A stretch of DNA of 63,517 bases, filler included, from Intoshia linei (Eukaryota; Animalia; Orthonectida), in assembly GCA_001642005.1 (NCBI GenBank). It is 8 parts of 8 records of this genome, joined end to end, with 100 filler letters (N's around TTAATTAATTAA, not from the genome) between each part and the next. Parts side by side here need not be neighbours in the genome. Positions count along the whole stretch, not along the records: positions 1 to 12,415 come from LWCA01001083.1; 7 more parts are not named here. One strand, given 5' to 3'. The first letter of the stretch is position 1. Each line of letters starts with the position of its first letter. The notes beneath the pieces were generated by a model. The model searched no databases. It saw nothing but the letters and a program-made list of their open reading frames with translations, and was not told where the DNA came from. Shown piece after piece: positions 1 through 12,515 of the stretch. Made by a program: the position numbers and the translations under genes.

Positions 1-398
1 TCAAATTTTAACACTACAGCAACGAATTTATAAAATTAAATTTATATTAACTGATAAACGTGTTATTTTTTTTTTTGATAATTGTTACAAATTTAACATA
101 AAATGGTAAAAAGAAAAACGACATTCAGTAGCAAACAGGCCAAAAAATGAAGATGAGACGTCTGAATGAGTGTCAAAAGAACACGATATCCAAAATAGGT
201 AAGATAACAATTGTTTTTTGAATTTTTTTGAATTAATCATCATACTGTATCCATTCTGATATACATTTATTGAAATTTTTAGTAGAAATATATGAATTGA
301 TGATTTACGGTAATACATTTTTGTAGCCTTACTTTAATGGGTTCGTAAAAGTGATTTGAACCATAATAGATTTCATTTTGAATGCTAAAATTAGATAT

Positions 399-455
399 GT
401 CCGCCTTCGGCAGAGCTAGGTGCTGTTTGTACATAGTACAAACCAGCCAAACTAG
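399..455 (+). mobile_element. Non-autonomous Helitron 3' end
   Basis: GTCCGCCTTCGGCAGAGCTAGGTGCT, then hairpin GTTTGTAC-ATA-GTACAAAC, then CTAG followed by T. The same end recurs near 29998-30035, at 35802-35856 (-) and near 42936-42968. Confidence 0.65.
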
Positions 456-457
456 TT

Positions 458-770
458 TCTTATAATACCAACTTATATAAAACTCTTTGTCTATGTCTGT
501 ATATCTGTTTGTCTGTTACCGTTTATTTTAATAACTAAGGGTCTTAAAGTTTAAAAATTTCACATTTCCATTATAGTGTTTCCGGTGGTAAAATTAAGAT
601 AAATTTCAATCTCAGAAACTTACATCTTACCGGCCAAAAACCCTAATTATATTTTTTTTTAAAATCAAACAGGTCATGTAGTTAAAAAAAATATAGACTC
701 TGATGTAGATTTTAAAATCATAAACATTGTCATAAATTTAAATTTCAAAAATTATATTTGATATTATATC
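458..770 (+). mobile_element. Non-autonomous Helitron 5' part
   Basis: Starts TCTTAT, followed by a (TGTC/TG)-rich tract and TTACCGTTTATTT. Homologous to the 5' part of the 35802-36210 element and to ~53050-53417. Confidence 0.55.
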
Positions 771-881
771 ATATAATATTCAAAATACAAGTACAATAAA
801 AATGACGAAATTGTTGCAACTTGAAACTTGCAAGCACAACGCAATTGCTCAAAGATTTATACATCATTATAATGTATTTAC

Positions 882-3026
882 CTTTTCGTACACATCATTT
901 TCTAGGTTAATTTTTGTTGCCAGTTTTGTATGTTTTTCAGAAACTTTCATTGATTTTTGTTCAAATATATGATGTGTTTCCGTTTCGTTTAAAACTATAC
1001 TAGTCATTTTCTTTAAATCACTATCATCCAATTTTACAGTAGTGTCGAAAGATTTGTGTCTTTGTACTGATACTGGTTCTATTAAAACATTTTTGTTATT
1101 TATAGATTCATAATATCAATTTTACCTATAATTTCCTCTTCAGAAAGACTATCTAAAGATCTGGTAGACGTGGACACGTTAAATATTGTCCGCGAAAACG
1201 GTCCAGCGTGAAATGTGCTTTCGCCTTGTAATTGACTGATTTCGTCAATAACATCTTTATTTGGTACCAATCTTTTTGGTGTTTCTAATTGTGACCCTCT
1301 ACGCTTAACAGACTTGTCACTGTTAGATGAAGAAGTATTTTTTACATTTGATAGTTTTCTTTCACTGCTACTGTCATTAGTTTGATTATCCACTGTATTA
1401 GATACTTCGTAACTACTTTTTTTGTCGGAAGTATATACATTTTTTGTAAATGGAAGTGGGGTCACATCATTACCTTTTTCGTCGAATATCTAAAAGTTTA
1501 TGTTTATATTATATTTAGTTTTTTTGTAATTTTTTCCACATCAATATTGAGGAGTTTATGAACACTATGTAATTACTCACGAATATTGGTAAGGGTACAC
1601 GTTATTTTGACACGACATTTAATTGTAAATGTAGGGCCTATTTAGATTTCACAAGGAAGTAATTCTACTTATTAGTACATTCAACATACAGTGCGCGACA
1701 TAAGTCTTAGGCGCCCTACACATTCTCATTAAAAACCACTATAAAGTTAATAAGGCGAACCTTGAACTTGAAATTAAATATCAGACTAATTAAAGAATGA
1801 TTTTACCAATATATATCCATGCTGATGTCATAAACTACCTATAAAAAGATACATTTTAATACGGTTTTGTTTGCAACATTAAAAATATTGACGACATAAG
1901 TCTTAGGCACCTTGATAATTTCAATTAAAATTAATTAAATATCCATAAAAACGAAAAAGGTAATGAATTACCAATGAACTGATGATAAAGCGATGTGCGT
2001 TTCAAAATATTATTAAAAAATACAAAGCGTTTATACATATCTTCTTGTAAAAATCAGATGGAAAACGAATGCTGACAGCCAGAGAAGAGATTATTATAAT
2101 AAGGTAATCAAAGAAAAACCCTTGCTTGACAGTATTAAAGGTTAAAATACACTCCAACATTACAAAAAAGTCTAGTTTAAAGACGGTGGAACGTGTGTTA
2201 TATAGATTTGAATTATATGGAAGAATGGCAAGTCGAAAACCGTTTCTTAAAAAATTTCACCAATAGAAAAATATAAGCTTGGCTGATGAAAGTTGATTTG
2301 AATTATTTACAAAAGTAAGATTATACGTTTGAAAACGTAAAAAACAAAATTCTTATCAACGTACATAAGTAGAAGTATTACAAATATTCAGTAAAATATG
2401 ATTTGGGTGGTATTACGGCAAATGGAAAAAGAGTATTAATAAAGTGTATAGGAGGAATAAATGCTCAAGAATATCAGAGAATCCTTAGCAAAGCAAACGA
2501 ATAACATTTTTGGATGGATTGAATAAACATCAGGATTATGATCCCTGTCAAACAGCAAAGACAACCCGTCCATTTATCAGGGGTAATCGTATAAAAAAAT
2601 TAAAATATTTACCGGTACAAAATCCAGATTTAAACATTATTGAAGACATTATTTTATAGGTGCCTAAGACTTGTCTCTCGGAATTTTGCAATTTTAATTA
2701 AAAATACCTATATTTCATTAATTATTAAAAAATTTTTATAGTTTTTACTTTTTTAGGGTTGTTAAATAGTTGTTCTTGATCATACACTAGATATGATATA
2801 AGAAAATGTCTTAAATCATGAATCAGGAATGTTTAAATTAATTATAATTGGGGTGCCTAAGACTTATGTCGGGTACTGTAGATAGTATGAATTATATCGT
2901 AGGATTATAATTACTTTAACTGGAAATGCATTAAATTTAACATCCTCTTGAATTATTGGGTTACGTGAACGTGTGTAACTCGATGACTTTGACAATATAC
3001 TGAACTTTTTAGTAATTTGCCTTGTT
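882..3026 (-). CDS. WDR78: WD repeat protein 78 / axonemal dynein intermediate chain 4, N-terminal exons (partial)
   Basis: GT-AG exons 2915-3026, 1126-1489 and 882-1078 splice in frame: ...FPVK|IFDEKGNDVTPLPF...AGPFSRTIF...DLKKMTSIVLNETETHHIFEQ...ENDVYEK. This matches the recalled WDR78 N-terminal motifs (VFD.nG.DVTP.PL; G.FtRsv; I.LtETET). Start and WD40 exons were not located. Confidence 0.75.
1689..2878 (+). mobile_element. Tc1-like DNA transposon, degenerate, IR/DR type, in WDR78 intron
   Basis: TA-flanked ~28-bp TIRs CAGTGCGCGACATAAGTCTTAGGCGCCC / GGGTGCCTAAGACTTATGTCGGGTACTG. Inner repeats near 1890 and 2660. Decayed transposase motifs YGRMASRKPFL, QDYDPCQTAK and PVQNPDLNIIED. Confidence 0.9.
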
Positions 3027-4339
3027 CTAAATTTTAAAATACATGGATTACCAATACGTATAAAAATTGATTTTAAGAGTTACCAGCGTACTCTAGTTCT
3101 ATAGGTTCTGTACTGATGCGTAGAGCAATAATAAACGAAGATGAACAATGGTCATTTAACATATCAAAAATTTAAATGATTAAATGATAAATTCACAGAC
3201 TGTAAATTAAACACATGAAATTTTTCCATAAATCTTTTTTCGGTAGTGCATGGATTCTTCGCGATTAAAAAAATTTTTAAAAACAAATTAAAATTTTATT
3301 AGGTTCCGTCTTGAATAGGTTTAATTACAAATTAACCAATTTTTTTAATTTTGTAAGCCTGTTCATTCCATTATAGGCAGAGCCGAACCTACCAAACTTG
3401 AGGCCACCGAAAATGAAAAATAGCATCAAAATGAAAGACCAAAATATAGCTCCTAGCCGCCTATCGTCAGCTCATTACATGACATTTTAAGAAATATTTT
3501 GTATACATGTTTTTTTTAACATCACATAGTCATTAAATTTTAATTTTATAAACACTTATTCCATCAAGACATAAATAACTCTTGTTCAATAGTCACAATT
3601 AAATAATTTTCTATAATATAGGACATTATACATGTATCTATTAAAGTTTAATTTAAACCTGACTGTTGAAGCAAAGCTTGGGTTTTTAGTTAATGCCATA
3701 TTGAGTATTGTCAAATTTTTAAAATTAAATTAATTTATCAATAGTTTTAAAAAATATATATTTCATATCCACCGAAATTAATTTGTTTGTGTGACCAAGT
3801 TACATTTTTATTTTTGAATTGTCTAGATTGCAAGTTGGAATTTCCAACCCATAATGTTCACAATGGATTACATACATCCATTCAGTATATTCAAACGGTA
3901 CAGTGCAATATACATTCTTAACGTGTGAAGTATTACTGTAATGTGATATACATGGATATTGATGTTGCATGATATTATACGTAAATCGTAACAGCGTAAT
4001 TCCAATGAATTTATAGAGAAGACAAATAAAATTTAACTATAAAATGTACCCATTCATTAAACATTGCATACTTCTCTTAATAAATTAAGAGGTTAAATAA
4101 AATGAAACCTTTGAAAATAATATTTATAATTTTAATAATTTTATTCTAATTCAGGTTCGCTTTTGGCTTTTTGGCTCTCTGGCCTCAATGCAATCATGTT
4201 TCATATTATTCTAATTTAAATTAAGGTTTAATCTAACATTTTTTAAATATCAAAGATTTCTAATGTCTATATATTCCTTAGTCAAGTAATTCATAATTAT
4301 ATATCGTTACTTGCATAAAGTAATTTACAGTGTTATTTA

Positions 4340-5030
4340 AAAATGCATGTTGTTTATTTGTTTGTTCCAGTATATCTAAGAAATTAAGAGGAGTTGAGTT
4401 TTAAAAATTTCATATTGCTAGCACAGTTTTTCGAAGATATTTTTACGCAAATCTCATTTTCAGAAGTTGAGCCTTTCATGTTCAAAAACCCTAACTATGC
4501 TGTTTTTTAAAATTCAAACAAGTCCTAGAATTATAAAGAATTCACAATCTGATAAATATTTTAAAATTATCAACATTACGATAAATTTCAATTTCAAAAT
4601 CTTACGTTTTCACGGCGAAAACCCCAAATAACCTTTTTTTGTATAAATAAAAAAATCCTACGATTGTAAAACACATAAATTCTGGAATGGTTTTTAAATT
4701 CATAAGTATTATCATAAATGGTAACTTCAAAAAAAGTATTTTTTACGGTCAAAACCCAGATTACCCTTTTTTTTAAAAATGAAAACAGCCCTAGAATTTT
4801 AAAAAAATTACGCATGATACATTTATAAGCCCAATTTTCCTTTTTTTGAAAATTAAACGAGTTCGAGAATTTAAAAAAATATATACTCTGATACGGAATT
4901 TAAAATCATATTATCATAAATTTAAATTTAAAAAGAATATATCTTCAGGGCCAAAACCCCAAATGACCCTTTTTTTTAATGAAAACAGCCCTAGAATTTA
5001 AAAAAATGTACAGGTGGTACAGTTGTTTCC
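4340..5030 (+). mobile_element. Helitron-family element with internal tandem sub-repeats
   Basis: About three diverged ~185-bp units (AAAACCC...TTTTT...CTAGAATT...TTATCATAAAT). Related to 458-770, 35802-36210, 53050-53417, 54090-54570 (-) and 58250-58390. Confidence 0.55.
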
Positions 5031-7214
5031 TGTTAACACACAAAAAATTTCAATCATTTCTTATTTCTATTATTATTTATTTCTAGATTGTTAACTTGGA
5101 AGATTATTATCAAAAATTGAATACACTAAATTTAATTTACAGTCAAATTTTATTTAAATCATTAATTAAAAATAAAAAACTTTACACATTTGTTTATAAA
5201 ACAAAGCAAGATCTCAATTGATTTGTTTAAGTATAATAATTAGCATGTAATTTATGCTAATAAAAAATATAGCCCTAAATAGTAAAGTTTGAGAGCAGTC
5301 ATTCAGTAATGCTCTATTTATCTACATAAAATGAAAAACAACAGTGGGCAGTTGATTAAATTTTAATTATATATACATTTTTGCAATTTACATATACATG
5401 TATGTATAAACCGTCAATATATGCCTGAAAAACAATTTAAAAAAAATTCATTTAAATCACTAAATTTACCCCATATCAATATTTCTAGTAAAGGTATTTT
5501 ATTTGTTCTATAAATAAACTAGATTTGTTAGGTATTGATGTCTATTTTCAAAATGCTGGAAAGGGCTACAAAACGATTCCAAAAAAAAATTTTAATTTTT
5601 GGTTACCACCTAAAGCCAGTAATTTTGATACAAATTAATTAACGTACAATGGATGAAATTTCCACCAGTTTCAGAGAACTAAAATTTATTTTTCAATCTT
5701 ACCAATTATTTTCACTTTTAGACCTTGGAAATTGAATCTTCACCTTAGTATCTAAGGCTGAGCCCATTAAGTGATTTAGACATTTTTTAGGGACCGTTAA
5801 AATTTTTATTCAAATAGGGGTATGGAGTTTTAAGTTTAAGAATCACTGATATATAATATAAGACCAATTAAAAATATATTTATGGTGGATTATCGATTAA
5901 ATGTAATTAATACCAATTATTTATCGGAAATTTTTATGATTTATTTGAAATTTCTTATTTTATAAGATATATTGTATTATATTTTTATTTAATTTGTATA
6001 AAATGGGAAAAGAGTACTCATTACTACTTAGTATACGTTTGTTTAATGTGAAAGAAAATTTAATTTTAAAATAAAATTTTCATTCAAAAATGCTACATAA
6101 ATGATAATAATTTAAAAAATAACAGATTCTAGTCGGTCTAACTTTAAAAGCTTTAGAGTAAAATCATGTAGAGGTGATTATCTTAAATTGAATCAATGTA
6201 TATTTAATGTAGCAACAATATGAAATTGAGTCAAATTTTATGAATACACTAATACTATCCATTTCAATAGATGATATAGACTTGTCTGAAGTGTAATTTA
6301 AGTGACATTAATTTAATTCTATTGATTTCTGTTTTCAGTTTAAAAATAGTAGAGATTAATATCATCAAATTAAATTTAAAAATACTCCATTACATGTGTG
6401 ATTAATAATTGCGAAACTTTTGAAAATTTTGGTAATATACTATTTTTTATCATGTTTTTATTTAATAAAATAAGGCCATCACTTATTTTAACATTACATT
6501 CATCTTATAATCAGATTGTTATTAATAGTGAGATGTATAAAATACTGATATAAAGCCATTTAATCAAAAACCATATAATGATATTTAGATTCTAGAATCT
6601 AGATAATTAGAAATTCCACACTTAATTATTAACCATACATTATATTATATTAGGGTTGGGCAACATTTTGCATGTCGTGGGCCACTTTTTTAAACCAAAA
6701 AATTATACGCCCTGTTTTTGAAAATTTAAATATGATACATTTCAATTTTAACTGAATTGAAACGGTTTTAATATATTCATCATATAATATACCATCTGAA
6801 AATTCAGTATTAAAATGATTATAGTGATCCAATTATTGTAGAAAATGTTTAAAACTGTTTTAAAACTTGAAAAATTTCAAAATAAATAATTTATATATTT
6901 ACTGAAAAGGTCATCAAAATTATTCTGTGGATCACTAGTTGCCGACCCCTGTATTACATTATGTAGTTGAATATATCGAAATTTTAATAATGGCGTTTCT
7001 GTCCTACGAATTAAAAAGTTTCATGACCACTTACCATGGGTTTATACCAGCGATTCTCAACATTTTTTTAAAATCTCCCCTAAACCAAAAATTCACACAT
7101 ATTTTTTTGAATCTTCCCCTCTATAGTAATGATATGAGTATAAATATTTTAGATTTATAAAACTTGTATGTTAAGTGTTTCTCAATTTTTTGTATAGTAT
7201 ACAACTGTCATTTT

Positions 7215-8366
7215 TTTTAAAAATAGGACCTCTATACATTGCTTAATCGATCATTCATTATCTAAAAATTAAAAATAACCGTTAGAAATACATAATGTAA
7301 CATAGAACATTTTATAATACGATAATTTTGATATAATTAAGAAATTTTTCATCATTACCTACTAATAAATTAAAAAATTAGGTTACTCATGATTGTAGGC
7401 CCGGGCCATATGGCCCCTAGCCTCTCCACGGGTCTGATAATTGAATGTCTAGAAATGTAACTTTTTTACGTTCCTTTATTTTCCTCGTTACACTCTTGAG
7501 ACAACAAGCCACATATTAAAAACCCTGATACCAAAAAGTGTATTATTAACAATGAACGTAAATCGAATACACAAATCTAAAAAATCAAGTGTCTTGTCAA
7601 TATCCATGTTAAAGTGTCGTTAATATGCAAAAATTTTAATTAATTTTAAAATATTTTTATGATTAAATTTTTTGTTCTTATTCAAACTAAAAAATTTCAT
7701 CATAAATACATTTTACATAATTGATCGTGGAGGGAAGTCATATTTATCTTAATGGAATAAATTAAAGAGTTTACATACTTGCTACAAATCAGTGATATTA
7801 AAACTTAAAACTCCAAGAACCCACTATTTCAACAAAATTTTTTTACATTAAAAACAAAAATTGACTTTGATAATAGAAATACTGAAAAAGTTAATTTGTG
7901 AGATTGAAAAAGATTTTTAAAATTTCAGCAAAAAAGTGTATCATAGATCAGAGCCGAATTTATCATGCTTGGTTCCACCAAAAATAAAAAATAGGCTCCT
8001 AAATTTGTTTGGAAACGATATGTTATGTCTAACTTTTATAAATATAACTCAACTCACCTTCCACGAACAGGACAGTGGAAGTGGTTAGGAGGTTATATGA
8101 CCCGGATCTACAATCATGAGGGCCTACTTTTCTAAATTATTAATAGGTAATGTTGGAAAATTTCTTAAGTATACCAAAATTATAGTATAATAAAATTTTC
8201 TCTGCGATTTCCAATAGTTATTTTTAGTTGTTAGATAATGAAAGATCGATTAAGCAATGTACAGAGGTCCCATTTTTAAAAATTTTTTTAAAGGATGCCT
8301 ACAATTTCCACCTGGCCCAGTCTACTTTTAGATCTCCACGGTCCTGTCCACGGGTCCGGACTCTGG
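7215..8366. repeat. Two inverted copies of a MITE-like repeat (7215-7440 + and ~8065-8366 -); third copy ~18945-19215
   Basis: CATTGCTTAATCGATC...CTCATGATTGTAGGCCCG occurs at ~7237-7403 and ~19028-19186, and as reverse complement at ~8101-8259. Confidence 0.7.
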
Positions 8367-8464
8367 ACTTAAAGTTTAAATTGACTCATAATATTATTAT
8401 GATTGTTAAAAATACAATTTTTTAAAAGTTCTCAATTTGGAAAATTAAGCCGCCATATTACAAT

Positions 8465-8583
8465 GAGAATATTCTTAAACCCAACCATTTTTACTAAAAT
8501 CCAACCAGTTTTACTTAAATCAAACCATTTTTAGTAAAAATCGTTAGATTTAAGTAAAAATGGTTAGATTTAAGTAGACACCC
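8465..8583. mobile_element. 119-bp MULE-type MITE
   Basis: Perfect 9-bp TSD TATTACAAT (8456-8464 and 8584-8592), G...C ends, and a body of inverted ~19-bp sub-repeats. The same left end recurs at ~39715. Confidence 0.7.
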
Positions 8584-9628
8584 TATTACAATAATTTCCA
8601 CTAAATCCTCAAAAACGGGTCTCGGTTAAAGTAGATTCTGCTTTCCATTCGATATTTACGATTTTTAGTTTTAATTTTCATTTTTATAAAAATTTTATTG
8701 ATAAAATACTTAAATGTGTTTTTGACTGGGTTGAATTTTTCTTCAATATAAAATGAAAAAAATTTGTATTGGAATTATTTTTTATTTAAATTATAGGAAT
8801 TTTAATTATAAATATAATAATAATTATAATTATTCAATATTTTTTCATACACAATTTACAAAACATTGGGTAGTTAATGGGTATTTTGAGTACTTGAAGA
8901 TGCAAATTTATGAAAATAAAATTTTCGAATGTAAACGTGAAACGTAAAATGTATACGAATTTGTCTTTTAAAATGTATAATTATAAAGTCGTCATGATAT
9001 GTAAATTGTACACTGTACATAATAAAACAAATGAAATATTGCAGATAACAATTATTTCGCGGATATTCTGGAAAATTATACGGACCCTTGGTTTTACCAA
9101 CCCCTTTTGAATAATCGACAATTTTATTTAAATTAATTTTTTCATATTTCTTGTTTACCGGTGACCTGGCATACGTGCCATAAAATAGTTAAAACCTTCC
9201 ATGTAGGATATTTACCAATTAACATTGTTCGTATTGTCATTTTACATTAATGTAAATATGAAATCCAATTATAATACACAATGAATATAAAAAACTTATT
9301 GATTCTATGATATACATGAATACTTTACATAAACACGGTGGAATATATAGCGGCTATGTTGTGCAATTAATACGATTGAATTAAAATGGAAAAATAAATA
9401 ATACAAAATGTATTGATTATGTAAATTAATAAATATTAATAACAATTGAAAGTCTAAACGTATTATAAATTAAAGGTTAAAAGAATAAAAATGGAACATT
9501 AAAAAATTAAACGAAATTCTTGAGCTACGTCTCTACTTGAATTCATTAAAATTTTATTGTATTATTCACATCTATATTATTATTGAATTTTCAACTTAAT
9601 TATAGGAAAATTTGATATTTTTATTTAG

Positions 9629-10314
9629 AAACTTTGCAATTTAGTGTATATAAAAAAAATCCATTAATCGATTATCTCAAAATTAATGGTAGTAACATTT
9701 CGATAAATTTACATAGTACTACAAAATTAGATTTTCAATTGATAGAAAAATATCAAACTACATGTGAACAAATAAAAATGTCAAAATCTGCCAATACATC
9801 CTTTATAAAAAATAAAGAAACAAAAACCAAACTAAAAAAAAGTGTCAATCAGCCCATTTGTGGTCTAAAAAATTTTAATAGGGATGAATCTCACAAAAAA
9901 AGACAAACTTTTCATAAGAGCGGTCATAAAATTAGTATTTCAGTACAAAATGACAATAACGTCATTGATATTACTAACAATTCATATGGTAATTTTTTTA
10001 TTCATTTGTACATTTCTAGTTTTTACTTTACTGTAGCAAATACAGCAAACCAGGAAAATGACATTGCCGTTAATAAAAAAATGGCTGAATTAGAGGTATT
10101 TTTTACTTATATTATTAAATTTTCATTTACGTCGTTAATTAATTAATTATAATAATTGATATTAATGTATAACTATTTAATATAGAAAGCTGGAAAAAAG
10201 AAAATTGATGAACACCATAATGTAATAAAAGAAAGACGTCAAATTATGAAGGATATAGAAATCCAACAAAAGAATTTAGATTCCTTTAATAAGGACAATA
10301 AGCGAGTTAATTGA
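9629..10314 (+). CDS. Hypothetical protein, last three exons (orphan)
   Basis: Exons 9629-9988, 10037-10095 and 10186-10314 join in frame via GT-AG introns (48 and 90 nt) and end ...DSFNKDNKRVN*. Upstream exons were not found. Confidence 0.55.
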
Positions 10315-11511
10315 CAAATTTTTTGTCTGTTTGTTAAATTTTATCAAAAAACAAATTTGAAAAGTTTATATTGGTTAATTAAACAAAAATTAATATTTTG
10401 TACTTTAAAATATATTATACTAGGGACCTTAAGTTATAGTACAATTTTTATGATATCCCATTTTTTTAAATTAATTGTGTTTGTATTTTTAATAATAAAA
10501 TCGTTTTACGATTTTTATGTTTATTATTTTAATTATGATTACTCTGAATTTCTAACATTGGCTGAAATTTTTGGAGTCGAGAGTAAAATTATGTGGGCGA
10601 TTTAAAAAATTTTTAATTTTCATGTTATTAATTTTTAACGATTTGTTAACGAACAGTTACTCACATTTAAAAAAAGTAGTTGAGTTAAAAAAAAATTTTA
10701 CTATATTGAGTTTCTAAAAAAACTACCAAACTGGAAGGTTTCATCACTTCGTTGCTAAAACTGATATAAAAAGGCCTAATGGTAATTAAAGATTTGTTGA
10801 AGAATTATGTAATCAATATTTGATTGTCGACAAAAATTCCTATAAGTCCATTAAAAACTAAAGATCAATATATAAATCTTAATTATACTAGAAATTAATC
10901 AAAAACTGTATAACCATGAAACTTTGTGCGTACACGTATATTTACAATAAAGTACTAGTACACCTGATTTTGTAAATCAATAAAAATTCCATTAAAAGGT
11001 CGATTTACAGATCTGCGTGGTATAATTCGTTTTTTGGAATCAGTTTTCAAGATTTTTCTATATTTGGAGCGACGCTGGTTTCTACATTGCAATGCACAAC
11101 TATACATGTTATTTGTATTCATAATTTGAACGGTTAAATCATTGGAATATATTTCATAATCATTCAATTAAAAATTAATTTATAAAAAGACTACTTAAAA
11201 AATTGGGAAAAATTATAATTTACGTGTTTATGTTTTTATTATTACTGCAATACTGTACTTTAATCTTAAAATTTTTTACAGACTTATATAAATAATATAA
11301 GAAAACTGACATTGTAAATGAAAAATTTAAACACCCAGTGGCCAAAATGACAAGACTAGGAAACCCTGAGTTAAAAAATTTAAATTTAACTACTCTAATA
11401 TTCGCTACTAAATAGAAAGCTTCTTGGTTTTGCATTGCATTTAAATACAGAATTTTCAGATTTACTGTGTGTAATAACCTTGGCCAAGATAGTTATGGAT
11501 TAAGATTTAAT

Positions 11512-12415
11512 TGTAAATTAAATATTTTAATAAGATTTTGTTGACTTAAATGATAATAAGGGAGAATGATGATAACTATATTTAATATGAATAGATATAA
11601 GATAAACTTGTTTAGTATCATGATACTACACCTTCCCCATAAAAAAAAGTAATCTGAGATGAGAATAAAGGAAGTTAAAATAAGAAGTAAATAAAGAAAA
11701 AAATTTGTTTTTTTGGTTAATCAAATATTAGGGTTTTCCTGCATTCGTAAGCTTTCCGAAATTGAATGGTCAATCATAAATTCATAATGGTGTATCAACT
11801 GAAATAATGAAGGATCGTTATTATTAGTTGCTTCTAGAGCTTTGTTTAGTTTAATCAATGAGTCGATGTAATCTGTTAATCTTTGATGTATATTATCGTA
11901 CAGAATATTCGTTCAATATTGTTACTTTGTTTGATTTGATTATTCGTTAAGTCGCAATCAACTAAGCGTTTAGATATAGAACAATTCCGCGGATCCCTCT
12001 TTTTATATATTTTTTGATTTTTGGATCTGATAGGCACATTGGGAACATAAGCGCTGTTATGACTAGAAAAGGACTTTTTGAACTTTTTTATCAAAGTTAT
12101 TTTTCATGGATATGAAGTATTTTCTTGTATAACTATTGACCTTTTCTAGAGCATTATCATCTTTCTCTCCGAATAATAACTGTAAGGGTGAAATCCCGGT
12201 TCTGGAAGATGGTAACGCACGAAATGAATAAACAATTTCATCAAGTTTTTCATCCCAATCGTTAAATTCTGTTGTGCATAAAATTTTGAGTTTTTCCATT
12301 ATGGTCCTGTTTGCTCGTTCGACTTTTCCGTTTTCGTTGTGTTGATAAGGACGTGAATTTATTTTTTTATACCAAAAGTATCGCACAACTCTTTAATGAG
12401 GGAACAATCAAACTG
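11512..12415 (-). mobile_element. Ty3/Gypsy LTR retrotransposon 3' fragment (integrase, PPT, 3' LTR)
   Basis: ORF 12063-12386 has the integrase motif PYQHNENGKVERANRTIMEKL...W...RTGISPLQLLFG. PPT GGGGAAGG is followed by TGTAGT at 11630 on the minus strand. The distal LTR end is uncertain. Confidence 0.85.
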
Positions 12416-12515
12416 NNNNNNNNNNNNNNNNNNNNNNNNNNNNNNNNNNNNNNNNNNNNTTAATTAATTAANNNNNNNNNNNNNNNNNNNNNNNNNNNNN
12501 NNNNNNNNNNNNNNN
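12416..12515. other. Artificial contig linker (also 17098-17197, 33885-33984, 37447-37546, 49527-49626, 51783-51882, 53418-53517)
   Basis: Seven identical 44N-TTAATTAATTAA-44N blocks. The 12-mer provides stop codons in all six frames. Confidence 0.97.

Noticed and set aside
10955-11167. ORF with KKRIIPR (histone H2A-like) and a C-x3-C-x-N (THAP-like) start
   Set aside because: No other conserved residues of either family; likely chance.
12416-12515. Recurrent palindrome TTAATTAATTAA between N runs
   Set aside because: Identical 100-nt construct seven times; an artificial six-frame-stop linker, not biology.
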